Origin: Nitrospirales bacterium
Lineage (GTDB): Bacteria > Nitrospirota > Nitrospiria > Nitrospirales > UBA8639
Length of the DNA: 64,000 bases
NCBI GenBank assembly: GCA_965203295.1
Contig: CBDBCZ010000014.1
Coordinates: 993,920 to 1,057,919, forward strand
Reading direction: 5' to 3'
In this document: positions 13,296 to 25,909 of the stretch, one piece after another
Layout: each line of letters starts with the position of its first letter
Position numbering within the stretch: the stretch's first letter is position 1
Made by a program: the position numbers and the translations under genes
The notes under the pieces: generated by a model
What the model was told of the DNA's origin: nothing
The model's input: the letters and a program-made list of their open reading frames with translations, nothing else
Databases searched by the model: none

Positions 13296-13957
13296 ACGCA
13301 CAGCACTCAGAACTGTGTGGACGCACGTATACATAGGTATTATCTACTAGGTGAATGGGGCGAGCGTGAGCGAGTTCATCATGCCATAGATTATCTATGA
13401 TCATACATAGCTGACTTGGATATGCAGGGCTGGTAATGCATTACACTATTTTAATGAGAGACATTATAGAGCATGATATATTTTTACATGCAGCGGTATA
13501 TTACAGTGGTCAACAATCATCATTATGATATAGAAGGATAGGCTTATAGTTGAGAAAAACTCAAATGTTAGTCTGGTTGGTTTGTACTTAATGCCTGTGA
13601 ATGCCAGTGACAATATTGAGGCTGTACTTCAAAGTAAACGGAGGGGCAGATAGGAGGGAAGTTTCGGTGACGTCTTCATCTTGCATGTGCAATGTCAACA
13701 AGTTAAGATTGGTGCTTAAAACATTGAGGACGTGTATGCTGCTGTTGTGAATGATGATGACAAGTCGTTGAAGGCAGTTCAGAAGCTCCCGATAAACACC
13801 ACTGCAGAGAGGGATTACTCTGCACAGGAGACATGCCACCTTCTCCTCCAGCTACCATGTCGCGGCAACGCGGGACTTCATCATCCTTTGTCCTTGCGCT
13901 GCTGCCCTGCGTTCTCGCCAGCGTGCATGTAAACTTGGTCTCCGCCTTCGCCGTGCT

Positions 13958-16080
13958 GGTCACTTAGAGAAAGACGTAATTCTTGTAAAATTCCCATGAG
14001 TAACTCATGGGATAGAATTACGTCACCTATGCCATGAGTTACTCATGGGAAAAAATTACGTCATTTACACCTTGAGTTACTCATGGGACAGAATTACGTG
14101 CTTTCATTGCACGTAAAATCCCCCCAAGTATGCACCTTATCCTAGCTTATACCAGGGAAAGAATTACGTCCTTTGCATGTAAGGGATGTTCCTGTAATCA
14201 ATTAAATATTGGCTATGAATATCATTTAGATTCCCCTCTGAGAGTACCCCTGTTGCGTGTTCTAATTTGACGTAAAAGCTTCCCTATAGGCAAGCATAAA
14301 CATTATATGGGAGAGAATTACGTCCTTTAAATAATTACACTCCCTTAAGGGGTTCCCTTGTTAAAATATAATTATATCACACAAATAGATACTGTAACCT
14401 TAACACAAGAGAACAATTCAGCAATGGCTGGCTATGAATCTCATTTGTAATCCCACAGGATTACCTCTCATGATGTAAAAGTGATAGCCAAGCACATTCA
14501 CCTGCGAACAAATTTGTGGAATTACTTAAGAAACAAACCTTGGTGTACTACTTTAGCCCTTTTTCTGCTGTACATACTTTAGTGCGTTATATTAGGTGTT
14601 CATATAAAAATAAAATGCTGAGGCATATAATTATACATCACCTCTAAGTTAACCAGTCTGGTGAATGTGACATATGCTTTAGTCCTGGGGAATTTGTGTG
14701 CAGTGAGATCAAATAACCCGCAAGGAATGCTGCGAGCAACTGCATCAACATCCTAAAAGAGCTAACCACAAACCTCTGCCTGATAAAGACACCTGAGTCC
14801 TCTCAAACCTCTACAAATCTTGCTTCAGGTATCGATAAAGATCGTGTTCACAATGAATCTGATACATTTGATTCAAATCGCGTCCACAATGGATCATTGT
14901 GTTCAGATGATGATGACTTTCCTTTGCTTGATTCACCTTCTCTTAATGAAACATTTGAACATGCTGCAAAAATTGCAACTCTTAATTGCTGAATGTTTTT
15001 CATCAACCAGGTTCGATGATTTTCAAAAGTCATTCATTGACTGTACACTGGCTGGTAGAGATTCAATCATTGTTCAGCCAACTGGTAGCGGCAAATCACT
15101 TTGCTTTCAATTTCCTCCAGGCCAGTTTATGCAAATAAGAAGGCTATAGTGATATCCTCTACCATATAAGCCTGATGCATTACAAACCTTTCTGAAAAAA
15201 ATATCAAGTCTACATTCTTAGGGTCAGCTCAACCTGACAAAACTGTTGAGGACAAGTCACTAGCTATCTGCTGACAGTAAGGATAGTATAATATTTGTCA
15301 TACCAGAATGGATATCAAAACCAGAGAAAAGAGAGAAAATAATGAAATCATTGTGTGATAAAGGTAAGCTCAGTTTAATTGCAATTGATGAAATCATTGT
15401 GTGATAAAGGTAAGCTCAGTTTAATTGCAATTGATGAAGTACACATCTTTATCACCAATGGCAAGAATTTCGAACAAGCTACAAAGACCTGGAATTAAGT
15501 TAAGGGTTCCTCCTCCAGATGCACTAGCTATGTACATTACCCTCAGGGAAAGAATGTTAATGAGTCATTATTAGACGTACTTACATGCAAAGGACATAAT
15601 TCTCTGCACAACTACATGTACAGTAGTACCTCTAAGAGGGAATGTAAATAAGATTCATAGCCAATCATTTTAATATTTACAGGTACATCCCTTTCATGCA
15701 AACGACGTAGTTCTTTCCCATATAATACTGATTCTTGCCTATCTATAGGGAAGCTTTTACGTCAAATTAGAACACACAACAGGGGTACAATGTACTCTCA
15801 GAGGGGAATCTAAATGATATTCATAGCCAATATTTGATTGATTACAGGAACATCTCTTACATGCAAAGGACATAATTCTTTCCCTGGTATAAGCTAGGAT
15901 AAGGTGCATACTTGGGGGATTTTACATGCAATGAAAGCACGTAATTCTGTCCCATGAGTGACTCAAGGTGTAAATGACGTAATTCTTTCCCATGAGTAAC
16001 TCATGGTATAGGTGACGTAATTCTATCCCATGAGTTACTCATGGGATTTCACCTAATTTTACGTCATTTATACCGCGACC
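13958..16080. mobile_element. 2.1-kb long-TIR DNA transposon with 9-bp TSD carrying a RecQ-type helicase fragment (AcademH- or MULE/Foldback-like, non-autonomous)
   Basis: TSD cgccgtgct at 13949-13957 and 16081-16089; termini GGTC..GACC; TIRs ~13958-14293 and ~15736-16080; absent from the three paralogous sites. Confidence 0.93.
14960..15495 (+). pseudogene. RecQ-family SF2 helicase N-terminal fragment, frameshifted
   Basis: FDDFQKSFIDCTLAGRDSIIVQPTGSGKSLCFQFPP (motifs 0/I), KKAIVIS, STFLGSAQ, IIFVIPEWI, LSLIAIDEVH (motif II), WQEFRTSY; internal 46-bp duplication at 15342/15388. Confidence 0.88.
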
Positions 16081-19000
16081 CGCCGTGCTCGCTCGTTCTC
16101 TAGCCTTCTCTCCTTCTCCACAGGGGTTTCGGCCGCTCTCCTTTCTCTGTAGCGCTGTCTGCGCCGTTCCAATGTCCGCTGTCTACACAAGTCACTCATT
16201 CTCTCTCTCAGGAGTGCACGAAGTCTCGCGGGCCAGACTAACTTTTCGCGAAAAGTTACTCTGGGCCGCGAGACTATACAGTCAGTGCACGCACGTGTTG
16301 TAAGGTAAATGGGGGTAACTTCGGACGCGCTTTTTATAGGGATAACTTCGGACACTCGCTAGGAAACGATGCACAATGCTGCGCGCTGTATATCGCACAT
16401 CGGTCTAGCGAGTGTCGGAAGTTACCCACGTGTCCGTTGGAGAATAATTGCCGCTGAAACGCGCGCCAACAGTTGTTGAAACAGGCATATGCATGCCAAC
16501 GTTTTTACGGAATAGACCATGAACGGACGCGCACGCACGCACATGCAGGTCTACAGGAAGGGGGGGGAGCTCACTCACGCTCGCCCCAAAAGGGTAAGTA
16601 ATTGTAAAAATACAACAAATAAAATAATAATAAAAAAGAACACAACAGTTAAACATGTGATGACAGCTTCATCACATGTAAATAGTCACAAAACGAAGTC
16701 TCATCCACTTGAATCTTGACTTCCTGCTTAAACAATCTTTATGCTATTGTTCACGGTATCTGCATTTGAAATCACCACTGATGCACTCTCTGGTAGAGCT
16801 TGTAAATTTTCATTTGGGTGCTCGGATACTGTCGAGCTCCAGCCACTGCTTGCGATGTGCGTGAGCTCGCTACCTGCATGGCAGTATAAACATTATACAA
16901 TAATCAACATGATATTTTAGTTACAGAAACAATATAATAGAGCCAGTAACGCCTCGATACGAATCTGATCGATTAGTACACTCAAATACGTATGCATAGC
17001 CTATTTGTAGAATCTGAATGCCAGAGCTCAGTATGTACATAACAACTTACAATTGTATACGCATTAAAGTAATAGCAGGATGATTATTGTTTTTGAAAGC
17101 ACTGACAGGCTCATGCAGTAGCACTGTGACTTACTCTCTTCTTGTACAGCCTGGTATTTTTCTGCTGTAACTTTGCCTTCTGGCTTCCTACCCTGGGAGG
17201 TGAAACATTGTATGAAGCCGGTGATGTAACGAAGAATAACATAAACACTTGGCCATCATTGCCTCTACCAAGTGTCAGCTCTAGACTCTACTGCAAGCTC
17301 TATATGTATGCCACACCTCACAGTCACCTAATGCACTAGCTGTCACCATAGTCACTGTTGATTCCAGAGACATTTTTGCATGCTTAACGCAAAGAGGTAC
17401 ACAAGCAGTAAATCCTTATTGGTCCCTCTCTCTATGTGCACATGATTGCAGCCATTCATGCCTTTCATTCTCCTTGAAATATCCTCAGAAATGTGTGGCC
17501 TAACCAGAAATAGAATTTGTGATAGAGCCTAATTTTCAAACCATAAACTAAACAACTACTCAACCAAGGGAACAAAACTTTCAACCACTGCTCAAACTAC
17601 ACAGATGTATCACTATTATTCATCCAATCAGTGGAAATGTACTTAAACATTTTTGTATGTATTTTTATCTTTCCTTATAAAGTTGTGTAGCAGTTTTATC
17701 AAAGAAAACACTGATGTACATGGACTTATACAGAAAATAATGACAGTCTTGCGTCTTCAAGACACGACAAAGACTAGTTATCTAGTTTTGATTCCCCCCC
17801 CCCCCTCCACACACACACACTATTTAAAAGTTAGGTATGCATTATATAAAAGTGTGCCAGAGACAGGACACATAGCTAGCAGTTGCATTAATTACTGCCT
17901 ATCTGTGATGGTAGGGAAAATGGAGAAAAGGTGATAATGCGTGACAAAGCGGTGAGGTGGTGTGATGGTAAGATTAAGATTATGATAAGGATCATACTGG
18001 AGTGTGGTATTGGCAGGGGAGATAAACGGGGAGAGTGTTACAGACGATGTTCGAAAATCAAGGAATTGGTATAGATAGTTGAAATGAGGTGATTGAAAGG
18101 GCTAATTAAGATTTTCATGAAAACAGGAAAGAGTTTTTGGGCATTTTTTGGCAGGATCTTCAAAAGGTAGTCATAAGGGTATATTGCTTCTTTGAGGAGT
18201 ATTCCAGGTTCATGTGCAACCAGCACTAAGGGAAATTTGGAAGTATTTACGTGAACATTATGAAAGGCTGGGTACAGCATCCGTAGATGATCAGTTTGAT
18301 AGTAACTGGAAAGAGCATGTAGAGCAGAAAGTGACAGAGTATAGGGAAATGTCTAGACTACGGAAGGTTAAGGTTTTGGACAGGGGAATTATTTTGCAGA
18401 AATTTAACTAAAACCCCAAAGAACTAGAAGTCTCTAGCAGAGACATACCGATTGCCAATACGAACACGTGACCAGAGTCCGTATATACCCGGCCCCCATT
18501 GTATTCTAGTTGTGACCGTATTAAAAAGGCAGAATGTACCATTGTTAAATAAGAAAGAGCTGGAGATGCAGTGTATGGAACCACTTTGGCGACTATCAGG
18601 TACACAACCGGACATTTTTTTTTAGATTTCAATGTTGCTGTTGTGTTTAGCAATCGCTTAACCCTGCAAATCGCTAGATAGCCCGATTTTTGGGTGGACA
18701 GACAACGAACGAACGAACGCACGGACGGACAGACAGAATTAATCGCTTAACCCTGCCGCCGCCTATGCACCGCGGGGTAATAATAATACAGGAGGTAATG
18801 ATGGGTTAGTTGGGGAGCTTTTTAGGTACGGTGGCAAAGGAGTACTTTGAGTGGTACTAGCACACCAGTTTCTCAGCACACCACTGGTGTGCTGTGAAGA
18901 GAAGTGTGCAGGGCACACTATCATTGTAATCCAGTGTGTACTGCACACCACTTGTGTTTTTACAAGTGGTCATAGCACACTAATTTTAAGAGGTGTGCTG

Positions 19001-19659
19001 CACAGCCGCTATCATGCCACTGACTGTATGAGAATAGGACAGGTATGATCTTCATACGTGCTGCAATGATTTCTGTGAGACTGCGCTGGGTACTGCATCA
19101 CAGCAGGTGTGCACAATGACATAGAGAGGTAGAAGGGAGTCGGAATGGGAAGCTCTCATGCGAAAAATCAATTTTTTTCCCACAGGAGATATTATGAGCA
19201 CACAGTCAGGACTAGCCTTGTTTTCATTCCTATCCACCCCAGCCTCAAGATAAAAGCTGGGATTGGCAGGACTGGGAACAAGGATAGTCAGGAGAGCCTT
19301 GAAACAGTAGGTTATGGCTGTGTAGCAAAGCGATACTATGCCCTAAATAATCAGTAATCCCAACAAGGCCAGTGACAAGTCACTAATGCCACCATGACTA
19401 AAACTAGCAGCCAGTGGAAGGAAGACACGATCAGCTATTGTCAGGTCACAAACTTTATATGCAAAGTTTTCAAATAACTGGCTAAGGGTGTTACTTGGGG
19501 CATGCAATAACGGAATGCTGAGCATTGTTTCTAAAGTTTCGGGATCCAGGATCAGCCGAAGTCAGTTATATTACATTTCTCACTCTAACTCTTCACATGA
19601 AGGTACTCCTACCCACCCATACCATACATTTACCATGAGCACACCACTGCAATACTTAC

Positions 19660-19686
19660 AGTTGCCATCTGTACCTCCAGTTCCAA
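19660..19686 (-). CDS. 27-bp phase 1-1 micro-exon (GTGGTDGN) of the same gene
   Basis: ttcttttcttcatttag| ... |gtaagt; in phase with the stalk exon. Confidence 0.5.
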
Positions 19687-20282
19687 CTAAATGAAGAAAA
19701 GAAAGGCAATTAACATTAACTTCCTATAACTCTGTATGCCTTATAGTCAAGAGTTAGGTAGGTAAAAGGCCTGAACATTTTGCCTAATGAGTTGTGCGAA
19801 GGGAATTGCCAACTGATTGTAAAATGTGTGAACGGCAGGTCCTACGACATTGACCACGTTTTGTTTGTGTGCGTGCATTTCGTCATGTGTGCAATACAAC
19901 GTATGGCACACCCTGGTCTGCTACTATGCAACTAGTCCACTAGCAGGTTTGTAGGCCAAACGAGTTTAGTTTTCTGTTTCCTAGACATTGAAAAAGTAAT
20001 ATGCGACATAATATATTGCACACATGACGGGCTTGGATACATAGACAGACAAACAGACAAATGCATAAAATGTGAAACCCTATAGAACGAGCTGTTCACA
20101 AACTTCATGCACACCCTGCTGGTTGGGCTATGCACTTCATACCAGTAGGGAGACCAACACTCCACCCCTGATAACCATATTGCATGGCAGGTATATACTC
20201 CTTGGCTTGATACCATACCACCCTGGCCCCACTTGTATTCATGTTCCACTGCCAAGGATACATAATCTGGACATACATGTAC

Positions 20283-20369
20283 CAGTGGTAGAAGAGCTAG
20301 TGGGAGTAGTAGTAGTAGCAGCAGTAGTAGCAGCAGTAGTAGTAGTAGGTTCAGGAGTGGTAGAAGCAT
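20283..20369 (-). CDS. Thr-rich mucin-like stalk exon (twin 58156-58242)
   Basis: tttttttttatag| acceptor; 87 bp, phase 1-1; ASTTPEPTTTTAATTAATTTTPTSSSTT. Confidence 0.65.
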
Positions 20370-21222
20370 CTATAAAAAAAAAAAACGGAAAGGTAAATTC
20401 ACCTCTTGCAATGTTAATCTAGCTTGCAAAGGGGACAGTGCCACATCTACTAACATTCAATATACTTGCACTAAACTTAATATCTACAATGCTTTATGTA
20501 CGTACCACACAAGCTGCAAATGAGTACAGAAAGATTAATTGTCACATCGTAAATAGTAAATGATTGGGTTTGTAGCATATTTACTGCTATAGTTATACGA
20601 CAATGGCCAGTAGTTAGGTTAGTCATTTGGCAGTGATGTAGAGACTAGTGATACGGTATTACTACTCAGTCTTGCACCACAGACAGTTGATTGTAACTTG
20701 AAAAAATCTTGAGAGTTGGTGAGACATTAAAATTTCCCCAAAAGCACCACTAAAGCTGGGAGACTCATGAATACAGACAGACTGATCACACTGGGGGACT
20801 GACTATCATGTGACTTTCAGCAGCCATGGTGCTGTAGAAGCTGTATCACTACGACATGTAAGTGGTTCACTAGTCAATATATGCTGGTGCTCATATGCAT
20901 ATGAATTACACGTATGCAAGCGCTAAAGCATGGGAGCTGTAGTCAGCCTACCTACAGTCCAGGAGACTACTGCATACATGTACTACTCAGTGATTGCCAA
21001 CTAAGATTTTATTTGCAGTGATTCTACTGCATAAAAAGTGATAGCAAAAAATGATCAATACAATGTGATAGAGCTCACCATGTAATATGTTACACTACAG
21101 ATGATGTAATGCACTATCCACTAGCATCCTGATAATTTAAAATCTGCCATTACTCATTTTTGGCTTTTAAATTAACTACTATACACTATGCTAAGATGCT
21201 CAGCAATCATACACTGTATGCT

Positions 21223-21304
21223 TAGCCTCGTTCACAGGCTCTACCCCCCCCCAGCTTTTTATAGTGCAAAAAAGCTGTGGGAGTTGAGCCTGGGAACAAG
21301 GCTA
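21223..21304. mobile_element. TAGCCTCG..GGCTA MITE with 9-bp TSD
   Basis: tagcctcgttcacaggctc ... gagcctgggaacaaggcta; flanks ctgtatgct and ccgtatgct (8/9 match). Confidence 0.8.
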
Positions 21305-21339
21305 CCGTATGCTAGCAACACAACTCTGTACAAACTTAC

Positions 21340-21732
21340 TGATCGTGACATGAAAGGTTTTGCTCAATGTGCCAACCGAGTTTGTGATGGGGTCATAAAC
21401 ATCGATGAATGCAGTGTAGACTCCTGAGTTAGATTCATCAAGTTGTTTTTGCACTGAAAAATCATATGTATTTTGTGTTTCACCCTGTACGACAGTTCCT
21501 TCTTCAGAATCTGTACATGGAGAAGAGTCTAGGTTACTGCAGGAATACATCAGTCCGCTTGAAATCCGGGCCTCTCCACGATATAACAGTGAGCGTCTGA
21601 CTTCTTGAAGTTGTCCAAAACTACCACCATCAACATACTCAACATTAGTGTTAAATATAACAGTTCCAGGGGAAGCTGTAAATGTCTCCTGACAAGGAGT
21701 TGATGAGTCACAGCCTCGGTACTGTGCTCTGG
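21340..21732 (-). CDS. Intact 393-bp phase 1-1 exon, Ig-like extracellular domain (twin 59211-59603)
   Basis: cacag| ... |gtaagt; 131 open codons RAQYRGCDSSTPCQETFTASPGTVIFNTNV..YSCSNLDSSPC..FSVQKQLDESNSGVYTAFIDV..LSKTFHVTI; SGVYT resembles the Ig F-strand motif. Confidence 0.7.
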
Positions 21733-21820
<88 letters not shown>

Positions 21821-23240
21821 AAAATGTACATGTCACAGTAGTATTATGCTAAGAATAATATTACAGCTGACACATCAGTTTGAATTCATGCTCCTCCCCA
21901 GAGGCAGGTAGATTAACAGTCATGGCTCACCACTACTGAAGAATAATTATTAAGACTTGCAATGAACTGTTACAGCATCATTGTCAGAGGGGGATGCAAA
22001 GGCTTGCTCAGCAGGAATACATGTACCATTCACCGAAATTTCTGTAGCTACTCACTGGCATGGCTAATCTCCACCCCTTTACTCAACAATAGTGGATATT
22101 CCGGGGGTAGATTGTCATCAGCCTCATTCTCAGGTTTGCATACACATAGCCACATATGATAAAGCACAGGCTATAGGCAAATTCTTGCACAGCTAGTGCA
22201 CCGTGTATCGTGGCACAACTGCTGCTATGTGCAATCAATAAGATTAATTAGTCACGGGTTTCTACCCTCAGTTTCATTTTTCCTATATTCATAAAGGGAA
22301 ATAACTAGTAAATTGAGCTCACTGAAATGCAATTATAATGAAAAGCACTGAAGTACTAAACCCTCGGCACAGCTGGCTAACTGCAAGATTTTGGAATTCA
22401 CTGAATGAATTTAGTCCTGTTGAGACAGCTAATTATATAATGCCCTATACATGACGAGTCAGGTATTCAAACTTCCTGAAAATACGTACATTAGTTTACA
22501 TGAAGTTAACCTAGTTCATTCACGTGAGTGTGCATGTTATATCAATGCGTGTGTCCTCTGCAGCCGATGAGGTTCATGGTAAGTTATTCTATTGTTGTGT
22601 TGTAGGCTTATAGTGTTTAATGTGAAACGTAAATTGTCAAAAATCATTGCAGTTTTGATATTATAATCACAATCACAGTCTGAAGTTAACAGAACAGTTA
22701 CAGAACAGCTCAATGGTATAGATAGATAGATAAACATTTTTACATCACACCACAGGGGCAGCAGTATATAACAAAATCAAATGAGTATAAGATCCAACGC
22801 ACGTGTTTCGTCCTAAGTCTCGTGCCCAGACCCAGATTTGATGCCATGCGCGCGTGAGAGGCGTGTCTGACCCACATACAGAGAGCTACATGCTTTGGAA
22901 GCCACTTCCACAAAGCTGAGAGTTATAGCTAATTTTGGTGAGGCCGCCCTTGTTATAAAGCGTTGTATATTTTAGCCTCTTTTCATTCCTGAGCACTTAT
23001 GTTAAACTCCGTAATCTGCTCTGTATTCCATATACCCTACACATTTTGAGAGACACTGTTTTTTAGGTAATAAAGTAATTTAAAGTGGTTGCAATCATTT
23101 TAAAATTCAATTGTTTTCTGAATCTACTTTTTTGTTTGGAGCACTGTAGCTACAATACATATTTCAAACTAGCATGAACGGATACATTAAACAAACAAAC
23201 TGATTGAAAATATGCCTACCCCTTTTACAATATGACTCAC

Positions 23241-23363
23241 TTGTGCAATTCACTCCATCCCCTTCATATCCAGTGACACATGTACAGTTGAAGCTTCCTT
23301 CAGTGTCTGAGAAAATTGCATTTATGTCACAGTTATCAGCGCCTCTTACACATTCATCAATGT
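23241..23363 (-). pseudogene. Calcium-binding EGF-like exon, disabled (twin 61070-61192)
   Basis: 123 bp: IDECVRGADNCDINAIFSDTEGSFNCTCVTGYEGDGVNCT|gtgagt; third Cys replaced by Phe; acceptor reads cac instead of cag. Confidence 0.85.
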
Positions 23364-24291
23364 GTGCATGGAGTGAAATGCAGTAGAGAATATAGATTGA
23401 TAAGCTTCTTTAGGGGCACTGAGGACTGCTGCTGCAATCTTCTGAAATACGAATAGATATATTGTGCCCACCCCTCTAATCAGTATAATTATCTTAACAG
23501 ATATCATTCTTGTGCAATTAGTGTCACTCTCTCACAGCCATGAATACAGCTACAGCTAAAGTTACATGTTACATCACAGGAGAGTGCATATGTAGTTGAG
23601 TCTTTCTAGTTGACACTTTCAAGAAGCATAGTAAACATTGTTAAGAGTGACCTAAAATAAGTCAAAATCATTTCTTATCATGACAGATGTTGTCGAGCGG
23701 TTATAAAACTCTACATAATTCAATAACGCCATAGAACCTTGTTTCTGGGTGACAAAATATGCAAGCAATGTTGACTAAGTATTAGCTTTCCAGGACATCT
23801 GATTGCTAAATGCTTTCATCTTGGTTATGCAATGTTACTATGTACAGTACAGTCATTAGAACAGCTAGCTATATAGTGAGCTAGTCTGGTATCTACGTCA
23901 GATGTGTGAAAGCACTATACTCAGACATTCATGTAAGTATAAAAGATGCTGTTGTAGGCTCACTTTATGATCTTGCAGTCACTACGTATATGGTAGTGGC
24001 TGCCGAGAATGCTGGCAATGTGAAAGGATTACCAACACATTTCTACACTCCTCTTTAGTACCATTCCCATACCACTAAAGTATATCAAGGTTTCTGTACA
24101 TGTGTTCCGTGTATCAACCGCAGAGGAATGCGGCCAATAGTTTGGGAGGAAGAACTGCATATCTAGACGTCTTTTCCCAGCAGCACGCACATTCACAATT
24201 CAACACGCATTATAACTTACGTACTTACCCAAATCCAACTCCCCCAAGCGATTGAAACGGCCGGTAAACACCTTTTCTACTAACAGTTTTT

Positions 24292-24434
24292 ATTAGCAAC
24301 CAAGAAGCATGCACTAACTCCTTTGCTACTTTTAGTTCAGGTTTAGAAAAGTCAATCCTTTTCTACTAATTTGACTTTTCCAAACCTGAACTAAAAGTAG
24401 CAAAGGAGTTAGTGCATGCTTCTTGGTTGCTAAT
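24292..24434. repeat. 143-bp near-perfect hairpin (twin 62121-62263)
   Basis: 64-bp arms attagcaacc..gtcaa / ttgac..ggttgctaat with one mismatch; 15-nt loop. Confidence 0.9.
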
Positions 24435-24522
24435 TAAAATTGTTCTGCCCTCTGATAATTTCATACTTGCAAGCTTACGTCTAAGTATGAGCTGGCGGTG
24501 CTCTACTAGCACCATGCAGTAC

Positions 24523-24585
24523 TAGCCTCGGTCCCAGGCTCTCTGCAAGCAACGAAAGCTGGATGAGAGCCTGGGTTCGAGGCTA
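24523..24585. mobile_element. TAGCCTCG..CGAGGCTA mini-MITE
   Basis: tagcctcggtcccaggctctc ... gagagcctgggttcgaggcta; no clear TSD. Confidence 0.65.
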
Positions 24586-25909
24586 CGTACATTACTACCT
24601 CTATTTGATGAGTTGGTTTAGTCAGTGAAGATATGCAAATAGACATTGTGTTTTTCTTAGCACAGGTGGGTAGTATTTTTCCTGGAATACATAGGTGTCA
24701 CACCTTAAGGTAGCCCATGCATTGCTAATGAACTCTTTTCTTGGAAAATGTGGGTGTTACATGAGCACTCCATATTATAGTACATGCTCACTTGTACTAC
24801 CAAAAGGAATGCACATGATTGTGTAACACCTGCTTATTCCAGGAAAAGTAGACAACCACAATGTCTGCAATAAAACTGCATATAATAAATGCTTACTATA
24901 TAAATAATTAAACTAGAGGGGTGTTAACACTAAATACCTGAAATTTTTATTGTAGGAGGTGGTGTGTGTAGAGATAGCAGGGATGATCGCCTCAATAGTT
25001 GTATAATAATGTGACATTTTATTTTCATTTTCATGTTCATTGAACAATATAAGCATAGCAATACTAGCTACAAGTTGTGTGCATATTTAATTTTCTGCTA
25101 ACTAAGCTGAAGGCATGGATAGCATTGCCACTTACTAAAATAAACTATTATAACCTTGTACTAATTGGTAATAAAAGTGGGAACATTCTTGCTATCTAGG
25201 TACAATGAACATTTGTTATGATGTAATGGGGGTTGCAAAGTCACATTATTGTACGTATGTCATGCAGTACATTACTACACAGGCTAGCTACATGTACATG
25301 CACGTACGTTTCTTGGAATAAATGTGCACGCTGCATCATTGAAGGGCTGTCTAACCTCCTACCATATATGACTTCTTGCCCAGATCTATCTTGCAGCAAT
25401 TTTACCCAACTGATAACTGCAAGATGAATTATCTGGGTTGTGCACAATGTTTGAACGCCCTAAAACGTAGGATAACTACATGTATGTATAATATTCTAAT
25501 GTCGCTGCCGTAGCACTTATGCCATTGACCACACACCCACATACACAGGCAGAGCTTGTAACATCTCCAGTCAGAAGACAAGAGGAAGAGCAATCAGATG
25601 TTACAACATCCTGATCACTATATCTTCTTAGTATCCAGATTAATATTACATCTTAACTAGTCTTAAATAAGCCTTATAATTATGCCTGTATATTTTCTGT
25701 TGTTTGAGCGCAGTGAATTAAATGGAAAATGCGCTCTCATTGTTGCATGCGCAGTTAGCTAGAGCTAAGCAACTGCCAGTGTGGCGAAAAATTCCAACTG
25801 GTTGCTACTAGGCTGGGCTGTGGGTATATAAGCTTATGCTGGGGCTGCTTGGAGCATCTCTCGGCAGCAGCAGCAGTGAAGTGAAGGATTGTGGTGGGAG
25901 TATATATAA

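Larger units (their letters stand above)
10634..18844. repeat. Tandem copy B of the ~10.6-kb unit (matches 1-~6280; twin at 50617-56714)
   Basis: Position 1 recurs at 10634; homology ends at gcaaaggagta (18844); lacks ~3100-3334 of copy A; more diverged from A than the 40-kb twins are from each other. Confidence 0.95.

Noticed and set aside
14820..15149. Functional host RecQ gene
   Set aside because: Frameshifted, truncated after motif II and enclosed by TIRs
19932..20422. Poly-Leu (minus) and poly-Val (plus) ORFs as signal or transmembrane proteins
   Set aside because: Alternative frames of the (ACT/GCT)n tract; splice phase supports the Thr-rich frame
23204..23386. Plus-strand 60-aa ORF
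   Set aside because: Antisense shadow of the cbEGF exon
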